A stretch of DNA of 33,000 nt from Dicyema japonicum (Eukaryota; Animalia; Dicyemida), in contig RDEW01000001.1 of assembly GCA_011109175.1 (NCBI GenBank), positions 1,688,360 through 1,721,359 of the forward strand, in the 5' to 3' direction. The translations under genes were made by a program, and so were the position numbers. The notes under the pieces were generated by a model. That model saw nothing but the letters and a program-made list of their open reading frames with translations, searched no databases and was not told where the DNA came from. Each line of letters begins with the position of its first letter. Position 1 is the first letter of the stretch. Below are positions 11,121 to 22,550 of this stretch, in pieces.

Positions 11121-12612
11121 AAACTATAATGATGGGAGAGTACTACCCAAGGCAAAACCCCCAATAACTTTGAATGTTATCATTTAAATGTTGAATATCA
11201 TAAATATTAATATTATTTCTTGAATGTTGTTTAACTTTTTAAACAATAATGTTGGGATTTTTAGTAGATAGTACAGAGTACTTTCTAGTTTGAAACCCCA
11301 CAATACATTTGAATGTCATCATTCTAATGTTGAATATCCTAAATATTAATATTATTTATTGAATGTTGTTTAACTTGTTAAACTATAATGTTGGGATTTT
11401 GAGTAGAGAGTACAGAGTACTTTCCCGTTTGAAACCCCCCAATAAATTTGAATGTTATCATTCTAATGTTGAATATCCTAAATATTAATATTGTTTCTTG
11501 AATGTTGTTTAACTTGTTAAACTATAATGTTGGGATTTTGAGTAGAGAGTACAGAGTACTTTCCCGTTTGAAACCCCCCAATAAATTTGAATGTTATCAT
11601 TCTAATGTTGAATATCCTAAATATTAATATTGTTTCTTGAATGTTGTTTAACTTGTTAAACTATAATGTTGGGATTTTGAGTAGAGAGTACAGAGTACTT
11701 TCCCGTTTGAAACCCCCCAATAAATTTGAATGTTATCATTCTAATGTTGAATATCCTAAATATTAATATTATTTCTTGAATGTTGTTTAACTTGTTAAAC
11801 TATAATGTTGGGATTTTGAGTAGAGAGTACAGAGTACTTTCCCGTTTGAAACCCCCCAATAAATTTGAATGTTATCATTCTAATGTTGAATATCCTAAAT
11901 ATTAATATTATTTCTTGAATGTTGTTTAACTTGTTAAACTATAATGTTGGGATTTTTAGTAGAGAGTACAGAGTACTTTCCAGTTTGAAACCCCCCAATA
12001 CATTTGAATGTTATCATTCTAATGTTGAATATCCTAAATATTAATATTATTTATTGAATGTTGTTTAACTTGTTAAACTATAATGTTGGGATTTTTAGTA
12101 GAGAGTACAGAGTACTTTCCAGTTTGAAACCCCCCAATACATTTGAATGTTATCATTCTAATGTTGAATATCCTAAATATTAATATTATTTATTGAATGT
12201 TGTTTAACTTGTTAAACTATAATGTTGGGATTTTTAGTAGATAGTACAGAGTACTTTCCAGACTTGAAACCCCCCAATACATTTGAAAGGTATCATTCTA
12301 ATGTTGAATATCCTAAATATTAATATTATTTATTGAATGTTGTTCAACTTGTTAAACTATAATGTTGGGATTTTTAGTAGAGAGTACAGAGTACTTTCCA
12401 GTTTGAAACCCCCCAATAAATTTGAATGTTATCATTCTAATGTTGAATATCCTAAATATTAATATTATTTATTGAATGTTGTTTAACTTGTTAAACTATA
12501 ATGTTGGGATTTTGAGTAGAGAGTACAGAGTACTTTCCAGTTTGAAACCCCCCAATAAATTTGAATGTTATCATTCTAATGTTGTATATCCTAAATATTA
12601 ATATAATTTCTT
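11121..12612. repeat. Tandem satellite, 139-bp unit, about 11 copies
   Basis: The unit marker GAGTAGAGAG recurs at 11401, 11540, 11679 and 11818 (period 139). First copy degenerate, one copy 140 bp, last copy partial. Confidence 0.97.
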
Positions 12613-13039
12613 AACATGGCACATATTACAACTAATTTCTGTTATTTTTAAATTCATCTCTTTAATATTTAAATAAATTTAAAAATTGCCGATGACCTTA
12701 TCACTATGATAGCCTCTGCTAAGAACAAGTGAGCATTGAAAAGGATTACTTCTAACATTGTTTCTTTTGCTGCACATGCGGGGCTTTTTGTTGTATGCCT
12801 TTCGTGATATCCTTGAATTAATAAGTAATATAAATACTTTGTTTATTTCATATCGATTCTCTTATTTAATATTGTGGTATGACAATTCTCTTACATAATA
12901 TTTTTCACTTGTTATATATAATGTTGGGATTATTTGTTTAAAATTTTATTAATTTTTGTTTTTCTGAAAGTCATACTGAATACTGTCGATTTATAATAAA
13001 TTCCACAGCTTCACATCATCTTGTCTAAATTTTTCCTTT

Positions 13040-13720
13040 TACGTAAAATTCCTATTTATATTTTTTGCGATTTGATGCTTCACTAATATCTTTTTCATAT
13101 AAGTGATCCATATCATTCATCATCTGAAAAATAGCAGAAAAAACATTAATTTGTATATTTTAACAACCACAGTCTCTAAATTTTCCTTCTGATTTGATTT
13201 GAGTGGATAAATGACTTGTTCGTTTACATTCATATTTATATTGGTGCGATTCAGTGTATTTCTTGTCCCACATGAATAAATAAATGAACCACGAGCACCA
13301 AAATTATTTATGAAATTACCAAATAATGAAAATCGAAATTTCATATATCTTTGCAAATCCTCTGATTCATCCAATCCGGATAATTGAAGAAATCTCTTGG
13401 TTTTCTCGAATCAACAAATAATGTTATATAACAAAGTCAATTAAATCCCTTTTTTCATATCCCAAAGTTAGTTAATCATTTTTTTTAAATATTCACCCAC
13501 AACAAAAATTTCTGAGATCAAATAAACCAGAAATGTCTCGTCGTCAAAAAATCGGATAATGTCATAATGATTTTAAGAGCCTTTCTTGGCTGGAATTTAA
13601 TTGTACGGCGAAATTCCTATTTATATTGGCGCGATTTGATGCTTCAGTGAAATTTTATGTACTACATGAATAAGCCATGCAGGTCAATTATTTATTAAAT
13701 TCACAAAATTACTTAATTTT
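13040..13720 (-). pseudogene. Orphan AT-rich coding-like remnant with three related modules
   Basis: Related DNA blocks near 13045-13085, 13230-13330 and 13610-13720 (TTTATATT..GCGATT). Peptides EASNRANINRNF and TLNRTNINMNV. Stops and frameshifts; no family recognised. Confidence 0.3.
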
Positions 13721-13989
13721 TAAGTTTTTTGACATATTCTTTGAATTTAGGATTCCTTTGTCAAAGATAGTAAATGATAAGCAAGAAGTAATGTTTCCAT
13801 CCCTTAGACCTCAGTTTAGGCAGAATTTAGTTTATTTAAGAAGTTAGAACAGTCGGGCTACTTAATCCAAGGAATATCCAGACATTTAAAATGTTCTTGA
13901 CTTCTTGTTCTTTACTTTTTGATCGTGTGAGTCCTTGAAGACAATCTAGTTCCGCAGTATGATGACAACGTCACTCGTCAACCCAGAGG

Positions 13990-14150
13990 CATCGTAGATT
14001 CATGGAACCTTCAACCGAATGAACAGCAAAATAGAAGTCGCCTCAGACGATAGCAAAGATTAATCTGGTGAGTCATTGGGTTTCAAGGACTTCATGGTTT
14101 CTGAGCGTGACCAAACGTCTCAGGCTTTTGAAGAAAGGCAGACTTATAGC
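13990..14150 (-). mobile_element. CRE-like retrotransposon, 3' fragment
   Basis: FFKSLRRLVTLRNHEVLETQ*LTRLIFAIV*GD resembles the CRE C-terminal motif. Confidence 0.45.
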
Positions 14151-14249
14151 TGTGTTGCTTCGCATCAATCGTGCGGAACACTTAAATTGTGATTTTGTGG
14201 AAAATAAGCCAAAGTTAAACAAGTTAAAGCAAAATTGAATATTTGTGAA

Positions 14250-14945
14250 CATAAAAATCAATCAAAAGTGATCCCTGGCGACATACTCGACGTTGAGTTG
14301 CCTCTCACAATCGCGACAGAGATCAGCTGGAGAAGCCACCGAGTCTCATGTGCGTCGTGGTTTTCTAGTGTAGCTAGGCGTCCAAGTTTATTTAGAAAAC
14401 GAAGGGATTTTCCACTTATTCCGCAGTTGTCTCGACCACAATGAGGTAGTTTTGAGTTGATCGCGTAGCGTTTCGTATTTTTTCTCCTTTGCCCTCATTG
14501 TTTTTTCCGCGGCATACAGTGTATCTACCGCGCTCCGACAATGTTGGATAGACAAAGGGGGTCGACGCACGTAGCATCCCATACCAAAGGTTTCCCTCCT
14601 CGAATGCAAAAATTGTGATTCCGTCTCCTCTGTCCAAGCCAACAAGTTCAAGTATGGAGGGGTATCCAACAGACTACAAGGCTCCCTTAACAATTCCGTT
14701 GATCTCCTTATGTCTTGGGAATCGTCATGCACTTCTTCAGAAAAAAAGGGCATGATGTCCACAACAGTCGACGGTACTATCACACCGGACATTTGTGAGT
14801 CTGGGAAATCTTCAGTCCAAGTCTGATGGAGATATCGGTCGGACAGTATCGTCATCAAGGTGGGTCCTGACGCTACCAACGGGGAGGGGGAGAATTGATC
14901 CAAGCGCCACTCCATTCGCATCTTCCAGTGACTAGACAGGCAGGT
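14250..14945 (-). mobile_element. CRE-like retrotransposon, C-terminal region (Zn knuckle + RLE nuclease)
   Basis: Frame-broken SGAWINS...HLDDDTVR...VDCCGHH...RFPRHKEINGIVKGAL.SVGYPSILELVGLDRGDG, KPLVWDATCVD and ETRWLLQLISVAIVRGNS. Confidence 0.85.
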
Positions 14946-15203
14946 CGGTGATGGTTTGATTTTAATAAACTATATTTTTTTAATATTTGTGAAAATAAAA
15001 TATATTTAATATTATTTTCAAGTTAATTTGTTGTATTACTTGATTTTCAAAAATAACAAAAAAATAACGTCATGTGGTTCGCTTTTTCTGGTGACGAAAA
15101 CTGTGAAATATACTTCACAGACAAAAGAACCATCTTCTACGTTTAATCCAAGAGGAATGTACTTCTTGGACGGTCTCCCCATTGGCCTCTCTCTCCTGCC
15201 TTG

Positions 15204-16790
15204 ATGGAAGCCCACCTAATGCTTTCCGGCGATGTGAACCCCAATCCTGGACCTTGAAAACCCATTATTTTGATTCAACTAAACATAAAGGGAAAATCCT
15301 CGAACTCAGAAACCTCTTAAAAAGTATAATACTGACATTTGCCTACTCCAAGAAACAAGACTGACTCCGTCTTCTTCCACTCCCAAACTATCACGTCATC
15401 AGGCGCGACTGCCCAGCTGGGTGGGTGGTGGACTGTTTACCCTTGTCAAAAAAGAAATTCCATACGCAAACGAAACATTTGTCAACCTCAAGTCTCCCGT
15501 CGAATATATTGGTATTTCAGTCCAGACAAGTATCGGAAACATAAACATATTGAATGTGCCCAAGGAATTCAGTTTCTCCCTGTCAGACGTCGACAAATCA
15601 AAATATGTTACTTTGTGGAGACCTAAACACAAAGCATTCGACATGGATAAAGAACCAACCATGCGATGTCTGAAACCCGGACGACCAAAGGGATCACCAG
15701 CCTCATACAGACCAATATCTCTCCTATGTGTTACATCAAAATTTTTTTGAAAAGCTGATTTTTGAACTAATCAAACCATACCTTCCTGATGCACCTTTTC
15801 AACACGGGCACTCCACAGAAACACATCTTACATGCCTTACAAATTTCATCAAGGATGGCTAAAGCGCAAACCTCATCAGAAGTCTTTGATATGCTCCATC
15901 GATATAGAAAAATCTTTCGACACTGTCCCAAGAAAGCTTTTGATAAGGAAGATCTTTACGTCAAAAATTTCAAACAATCTGAAAATCTGGATCGCAATTT
16001 CTTAGATGGAAGGAGAGTAAGATCAGTGGCCAAGTTCCTTCCAAATGGGGTCCCTCAAGGATCTCTACTGTCACCACACCTGTTCAACCTATTCCTAAAT
16101 GATATGCCCTCCCTTACCAGTGACGATACTTTGGTTCTGACATATGCGGATAATATAATCGTCGCAGTCAAAGACCAGTGCGTTCATACTGCTGTTTACC
16201 GGATACAAGCTTCATTGGACGATCTGAACTGTTGGCTCGTTAAGAACATTCTACATACAAGTCCCGAAAAGTCTTATACAACAATTTTCACAACAAACAG
16301 AATGTTGACAATCTCCGCTCCATGTGTAACCATAAATGGAAACTCAATCCCCACAACCAACTCGGTCAAGATACTGGGCGTAACTTACGACCCACTCTTG
16401 ACCTTCAGCAAACACATCGACAACGTCATCTTTTCGGCACAACGAAAGTTAAATTTTGTTAACCACTCCTTGGACAATATAATGGGTGTTTCAACTCAAA
16501 TTTGGACTCGGTCTATTCAACCGTCTCTAACTTACGGGTGTGCTGCATGGGGAACCAACCTAGAAAAAATCAATACCTTCCAAAAAACGGCCAGTAAGGC
16601 TTTGCAAAGGTTTTCTTCCATACCTCTAAACCCTACATCTTTTGAGGAATTAGTGAGGAAAACCGGAGCCTTACTACCCTCCAAAAAAAGTAGAACCTCC
16701 GCCCAATCCGGAAATGCGTTGGAACCCGGGAAGAACACCGAGCAAGAATGAGATGGCTACTCGAGGCGGCCGGAATCACCTGACGGCCAT
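15204..16790 (+). mobile_element. APE-type LINE (Ingi/Vingi-like), internally deleted: 2A-like peptide, APE N-terminus, RT, short C-terminus
   Basis: MEAHLMLSGDVNPNPGP (15204-15254). APE motifs ILIQLNIKG and DICLLQETRL. RT motifs LKPGRP...SYRPISLLC, GVPQGSLLSPHLFN, YADN and VKILGVTYD. Ends GKCVGTREEHRARMRWLLEAAGIT* (TGA 16781-16783). Confidence 0.9.
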
Positions 16791-17249
16791 GTAATTATTT
16801 AATTTGTCGGTGATTTTTTTTTGGTTTTTAATAATAATAATAATAACCCCTTCAACTTATCCAGTGGTTGATTGGTGGAAGGTTGAGGTGGTTAAGTAAC
16901 TGTACTTATCTTCATGATAAATAAAAGCCCTTGTTTTCCTTCTCGTAAACATGACCAATGTGATGGACACAAGAGACGTTGGAAACCCGAAGTTCAGGCA
17001 AAAGGAAGTGTAGAATGCACTTCAGATCTATGTTTGAATCTCTCCCAGCACAAATTGAAAGAACTTGGGGATTATCTAGCCGTTAATATGATTCTGTGTT
17101 GCTAATAATATCTTCCACTTATGTGACTTATATTTGAAGCGTATTAAGAAAATTCCTAAGCTTAGGAAATAAATGACCAGTTAGTTAGTCTAGAGGGTTG
17201 AGCTTGCGACTCAGTTTAGCGTAGGGTTTGTGCACCTAATGTCTTCATC

Positions 17250-17600
17250 TCAATGTGGATGTTTCGTTTTTCTTGGACTCAAGAGAGATCGGATGCATCT
17301 TAGACCGATTGCTTACTATACGCTCCTCTGTTGTTCATTTCCTTACAGAAGTTTTGTTGCATATATTTCTACTGCAGAATTGGGGCAAGAAAGTTCCGCC
17401 TGTTTCTCCATCAGAGTTTATGCAGAGCTCGTCTTGTCCGTTCTTGCATTATAGTCTCCTGCGATAAGCAGAGTGCAGGAAACCCCGTTCCTAGTAATCT
17501 TAGTTCCATAGGAAGATTAAGTCGCATTCGTTGATTTTGGTCTCTTGCAAAGCAGCAGGTGGATTTATCGCTATAGAAAGATCCTGATTTTTTCTTACAT
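17250..17600 (-). mobile_element. Decayed APE endonuclease remnant
   Basis: ALQETKIN and LLIAGDYNART motifs in broken frames. Confidence 0.5.
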
Positions 17601-17722
17601 CATAGTTAAATCCGCGTTCATTAATAAGCCAAGAGTTAAGGTTACAAAGACATGAAGTGCAGTGGAGGAATGTCACCACCTCAACCAAAAAATATTGTTT
17701 TTAATTGAAGCATAACATTATT

Positions 17723-19085
17723 TTAACTATTGCTGGCAATCGCTCTCCTCCTCTTAGAGGAATGTACAACCACCTGATCCCCTTTCTCCATACTGGAGTA
17801 AGCCACTTCTCTTTCAGCGTCTAATGGTGCATACCGCTTCAACAAGTTGGTTCGAAGAAGATATGAAAACTTTAATGGAGACCTTAACTCCGTGATTGCG
17901 CTCGACCACCATAGTGTTTCTTCAAGACGACTGATTGGATGTAAGCCTGAGTAGCTTGTTATTCTCAAAGCATATAGAGACAACTCCATCCCAGGTGAAG
18001 CGGAATTTTACTTGAAAGCCGTAGAGAAGTGAGACCTCTCATACTTGTGACACTTCTCAGCCTCAACTTGGTTGAGTGGAAATAAATTTGTACTATAAAA
18101 TGTCTTATAAAAAAACTCGGAAATCTTTCTTAAGTCCGCTAAGAGAATCCATCAACGCTGCTGGCTATTCGATAAGATTCCCCTCTCATCACAAGGAATA
18201 GCAATGCAGTCAGGGATGCGGTCCCCTAACTTTTTAATTTTTTCTCGAGATTCGCTCTCGAAGCCAACCTTCTCGTATTGATCCTTGGTGACCTTATGGA
18301 TGATTGAACCCATTCGACGGAATATGTGCAGGCTGTCGATGTTTATGAAGTCCCATGTTAGAGATCTTCAGTGTGAAAATAGAAGGATTGCTAGCCAATC
18401 TGGTCTCCTTACATTTTTACTGTCCTAGTCAGGTGGTTCAATAACTCCAGATCTACCGGTAACTCCCAGAGCTCGTTTCATTATGTTTTTCACGGCAGTG
18501 TGTTGGGGGACTTTCCAATATTCCCTCTTCAGAGTAGAGGGTGGATCCCTTTGTTGACGACAGTTTCTCCATAACGCGCGTATGAGGCATACATACTTTA
18601 ACCCAAGGCGTAAGCACGTTATCGAGAAGGGTACCATCAGAATGGAGGGCGTAGACGTTGAACCAACATTCGCTCTTCATAATACACGCTAATTGGCAAC
18701 ATGTGAGGTGGTGTTGATTAAGGTTCCTTTAACTTGCAAGAGATAATTGCAAACGGCCCTGTTCCATAGGTAGGACTTTAGACAAGAACCATGAAAAACA
18801 GCAGAGAAAGAAGGTCGTTTTGAGCTTGGATTCTAGGTTGGTCGTTTTTAATGGACATTGAGGATACAGCGTGGGAGTAGTCTGTCTGGCTAATTTCGAT
18901 GGCAAACGAGACTCAAGTCCACTTACTAGTTGTCCGATTCTGCCACGTTGAAATGCATGCAGGCACTAACCACCACTATACCTGGTCCTCTGTTGCAAAC
19001 GTGAGAGGTAATGGTCAAGACAATCCGGTTCCGCAATGAAGTGTGACGGGATCGTTCGTCAAAAAGCAGATCAGCTATAAGAAAT
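17723..19085 (-). CDS. Probable orphan multi-exon gene; exon structure unresolved
   Basis: GC-richer than its flanks, with successive open frames (LLFDERSRHTSLRNRIV; KNIMKRALGVTGRSG; WDFINIDSLHIFRRMGS...LGDRIPDCIAIPCDERG; ELSLYALRITSY...RRRAIASNS*). Candidate micro-introns at 18445-18425 and 18412-18391. No family recognised and no clear start codon. Confidence 0.4.
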
Positions 19086-19122
19086 GTCAACTAAACACGT
19101 TTAATTATTAAAAAACATAAAA

Positions 19123-20753
19123 TCACAAATCGTCAATCATTACACTACGAATAATTTCAATTCCCCTATAAACAGAATTTATCAGAGACGGTGACTGAAT
19201 AGCTTCAAATTCCCCCAAATCACCCGCCACGTGCTCAAAGTGTTTCTTGTATGTAATCAAATCATTTTTAATCAAAGAAACAATTTCGAGTCTTCTCTCA
19301 TCATAACACTCAGATAGGCGGCTCAGGCTGGCAAAATCAATGATTTTTTTGCATCCCTCATTAATATGCCGTACCCACGTGTCACTTCTAGTAGACAAAT
19401 CTTTGAGAACTCCAATATATCGATTCAAGGAAATAATCCAATATTGAAATCTAAATAAGGTCTAATCGAACATTTTATCATCAAAGATCCTTCTGTGGAT
19501 TTCCGGCATGATTGCGGTCTCCTTGAATTGTTTGATCTCATCCTAGGTTGAGCTTAAAGTGTACCTGAACGTCTTGAAATTCCAAATTATAATAAGTCCG
19601 ACCCATTCTGCCCAAATCAACGTTGATTGTATCAAAATACACGTTTTCTAGGACAAGTCCAATCGGAGGAGCAGAAACAAGGAAATTCTGTAAGGAAGAG
19701 ACAAAACTACCTTATTATTGTTGAAGACCATGTCGAAATAATTATCCGAGATGAGGTTTCTGGCAACAAGGACAACAAGCCCTATAAGTGATTATTAAGC
19801 CAACCAATCATTCTGCGAATTTGCCTATAGAGAAAGCCAGAACCATTCAGTCTAAATCTAATATATTCAATTCCATCCACCACATAAGGATCTGAACACT
19901 AAAATTATACAAACAGAAAAATAATTGAATTATAAATTCAAATTAATTAGCATTGGCTAACCTCAGCCAGAAATATATGCTTAATATTCTTGTTATCCTT
20001 TGGACAGCTAAAATTACCGACTAAGCAACCCCTTCTTAGTGAAATTGTGAAAATTATGCTTTCCATTAAACCTGCCAAATATTTCTCTAACAAATGCTAG
20101 TCGTTCGCCTATCATAAGAAAAAACAGCACGTGATATGCGATAACTCTCATCAACAACCAAATTGGATGAGAAAACGAACGAAGGGGCTGTATAGGAATA
20201 TAACCGACCACAACAGTTAAATCTTGGGTTGAAATTTGGTGGAACTCCACGTGAATCTAAAATTAAAGCGGGAAAAAAACCAAATAATTTCAAATCTGCC
20301 GGTAAATGGCGCCTAATTTCGTCGGTTTTTCCCTCGAAAATCGTGGAAGCTAAAATGAGAGGATTCAAACTTTGTATGTGAAAACGTTCACAGCAGCAGA
20401 AACCCCGGAGTCGGTCCTCGAACAAACTTTGAAATTGATCTCTTAAAGTACTTGGGTTATACTTTATCTGTCAAGGAGATTCCAAAGGATTTGGATATAG
20501 CTGAAGCTAGGGTGTTGTCCACAGTTCGTTGGGGATCTCTAGGTGAGCTAACACATGAATTTATCATGTACTATTCGACGCCGCGGTAGTGCTCCCCGTT
20601 GTAGCCTAATATGAAAGCAAATTGACGTGATTTAAACTTTCCAGTTACCCCCTGAAAATTAATATTAGATTTTACCGTTAGGTCTTTAGAGGTGTAAGAA
20701 TTGGAGATATTCCTTATAGCCATCCAAGTCCCCACATCGAGGGATAAGCGCAT
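19123..20753 (-). CDS. PUS1: tRNA pseudouridine synthase, TruA family (PUS1-like), with ~90-aa C-terminal extension; spliced
   Basis: About 12 micro-introns. Motifs: FAFILGYNGEHYRGVE, catalytic VCSRTDSGVSAA, HLPADLKLF, RLYSYTAPSF, GKHNFHNFT, GSGFLYRQIRRMIGLV, SAPPIGLVLENVYF and EIKQFKETAIMP...FQYWI. Needs +1 nt near 20345. Confidence 0.9.
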
Positions 20754-20904
20754 TTTATTTAAATTTAATTATTTTTAATTTTCTGGTTATATGTCATTTA
20801 AAATTATAAACACTAAGAAAAAAGTTCTTTAAATTGTTTAATTGGAAAAGTTCTAAAAATCTTCATGTTCATAAAATCGAAAATACAAAATCCTCATTAA
20901 ATAA

Positions 20905-21245
20905 TTTGGAGTGGCTCTCTTGAGGCGGCTGGATTCCCGTCATTTCTGGAACCGGTGGGCCTGGATCGTGGAGGTTGAATGCGTCCGGACGCGGTGACTG
21001 TCTTCCCCTTTTCTCAGGAAAATGGTTGATTTTGGATTGGGACTGTACCGACACCTTAACCCAGTCGAGAATTGCTGGTTCCGAGTTGAAAGCTAGGGAG
21101 GCTGCTCGGACTTTAGAGAATTTCAAGATAAAAATACAGGAGACCTTATTCGTGGATTTTTTCGATGAAACTGCGGAGCATGTGAGGAAGAAACTGTTAG
21201 AACGGATAGTGAAGAGCACATCACAATGGGAACCCAAATTATTCA
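20905..21245 (+). mobile_element. CRE-like retrotransposon, RLE fragment
   Basis: AAGFPSFLEPVGLDRGG.(R)PDAVTVFPFS / GKWLILDWDCTDT across frameshifts. Confidence 0.8.
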
Positions 21246-21699
21246 TATGCTTATGGGTAACACGAAAGTGTAAGTCGTTATTTAAAGTTAAGGAACACGT
21301 GTCATCGGTGCATTTAACAAACTAAATTCATCCACTTATAAAACTAATTTTTTTACCTGTGATTTATTCACCCCCACAGACAACTCCCCGCTTTCGACAT
21401 ACTCTCGATTGTATTTGCTTCCACATTTAATTTTTATAATTTTTGGAAGAAATTATACCTCCATCACAGTTAGAAGACCGCACCTGCAGGGCTATTCCTT
21501 CTCTTGAATGCGTATTCTGCAAACCTTACTACCTAGGAAGTCTTACATAAAAATATGAATCAAATCTTTCATCAAAACTCAATCTTCAGATAAATTTTAA
21601 AAATTTCAAAGGCTACAAAAAATTAATAATGAAATTTTCCTATAGAATCAACAATTTTTTATTCTTGATAATGTCACATTTGAAAAAATATTTAAATTT

Positions 21700-21870
21700 T
21701 GCTTTCCTCAAACTTCACAAATACAACTGCCATTCTTCAACCTCTTATTCTTTTAAATCTTCATATTCAAATGGCGGACGACCTGGACTACCTAAGAGAA
21801 CTAGCGCACAAAAGAGGATCATGGTCGAGGCTGACGGAGAGAATGACTCAGAATACGGCTCAAGAGAAAC
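21700..21870 (+). mobile_element. RTE-like LINE extreme C-terminus
   Basis: ADDLDYLRELAHKRGSWSRLTERM resembles the DLxxLRxLAxDRxxW ending of RTE-type ORF2. Confidence 0.45.
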
Positions 21871-22051
21871 TTACTAATTTTATGTTTTCTCGGGAGTGCT
21901 TTTTAATAATAATAATTAGGGCAAACATTTTTACCCTTAAAATTTGAGAATATTTAACCTTAAAGGTTAACTTTATTTATTCTCAATTTAAACTTGTAAA
22001 ATATAAATTTTTTTTTTTTAATTAAAATTTTTTTTAACAATTAAACAAATA

Positions 22052-22500
22052 TCAGTTGAGGAAGCCTGCTGCGTGGATTGCGAACGAGTTCCCTCGGAGT
22101 ATGGCTATTCCAATCTTTTGTCTTAGCCATAGCCCTTCTCGTTGATCCCTTTTCTTTCTGGCAAGCAATCCTCCGAGTTCTTGCAAGAATTCAGCCGTCA
22201 TTGGACCAACGGCTCCCGATGATTCGGTCGCAACAGGAGTAAATCGGTAGCGATCCCCGAGGCAAGAATATTTCTTGATTTTTAGGTTTTCCGCGGTCGA
22301 AGCAGCTGCTCCAGGTGTCTGAACAGATTTAAAAATGTTCGTGCTTGAGAACGTGTCTATGCAAGTTGCGTCCCAGACCAAAGATCTTCCAGACGTGAAG
22401 GGGAAAAGGGTCATCCCGTCAGGTCTCTTCCCATCTCCTCGATCAAGACCCACTGGTTCAAGCTGTGCTGGGAAGTCTGAAGCCTTCAGAGCTCTACAGA
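22052..22500 (-). mobile_element. CRE-like retrotransposon, RLE domain, uninterrupted 3' fragment
   Basis: Open frame LEPVGLDRGDGKRPDGMTLFPFTSGRSLVWDATCIDTF...PVATESSG...DQREGLWLRQKIGIAILRGNS, with the PD...D RLE catalytic motif. A-rich tail follows. Confidence 0.9.
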
Positions 22501-22550
22501 ACAATAAAAGAATACAAACAATAAAAGACAAATGTTTTTTTAAAGACTAT

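Noticed and set aside
11121-12612. CRISPR array or repeat-encoded protein
   Set aside because: Units are contiguous with no unique spacers, no cas genes are present, the context is eukaryotic, and the unit is not 3n and contains stops.
15789-16751. 320-aa ORF as a host gene or bacterial retron/group II intron RT
   Set aside because: Its motifs and upstream APE identify a frameshifted, internally deleted LINE.
17723-17990. TFIIIC/GTF3C1-like winged helix or Bud23-like CGTGLS motif in the orphan gene
   Set aside because: Only a few residues match and the remaining family motifs are absent.
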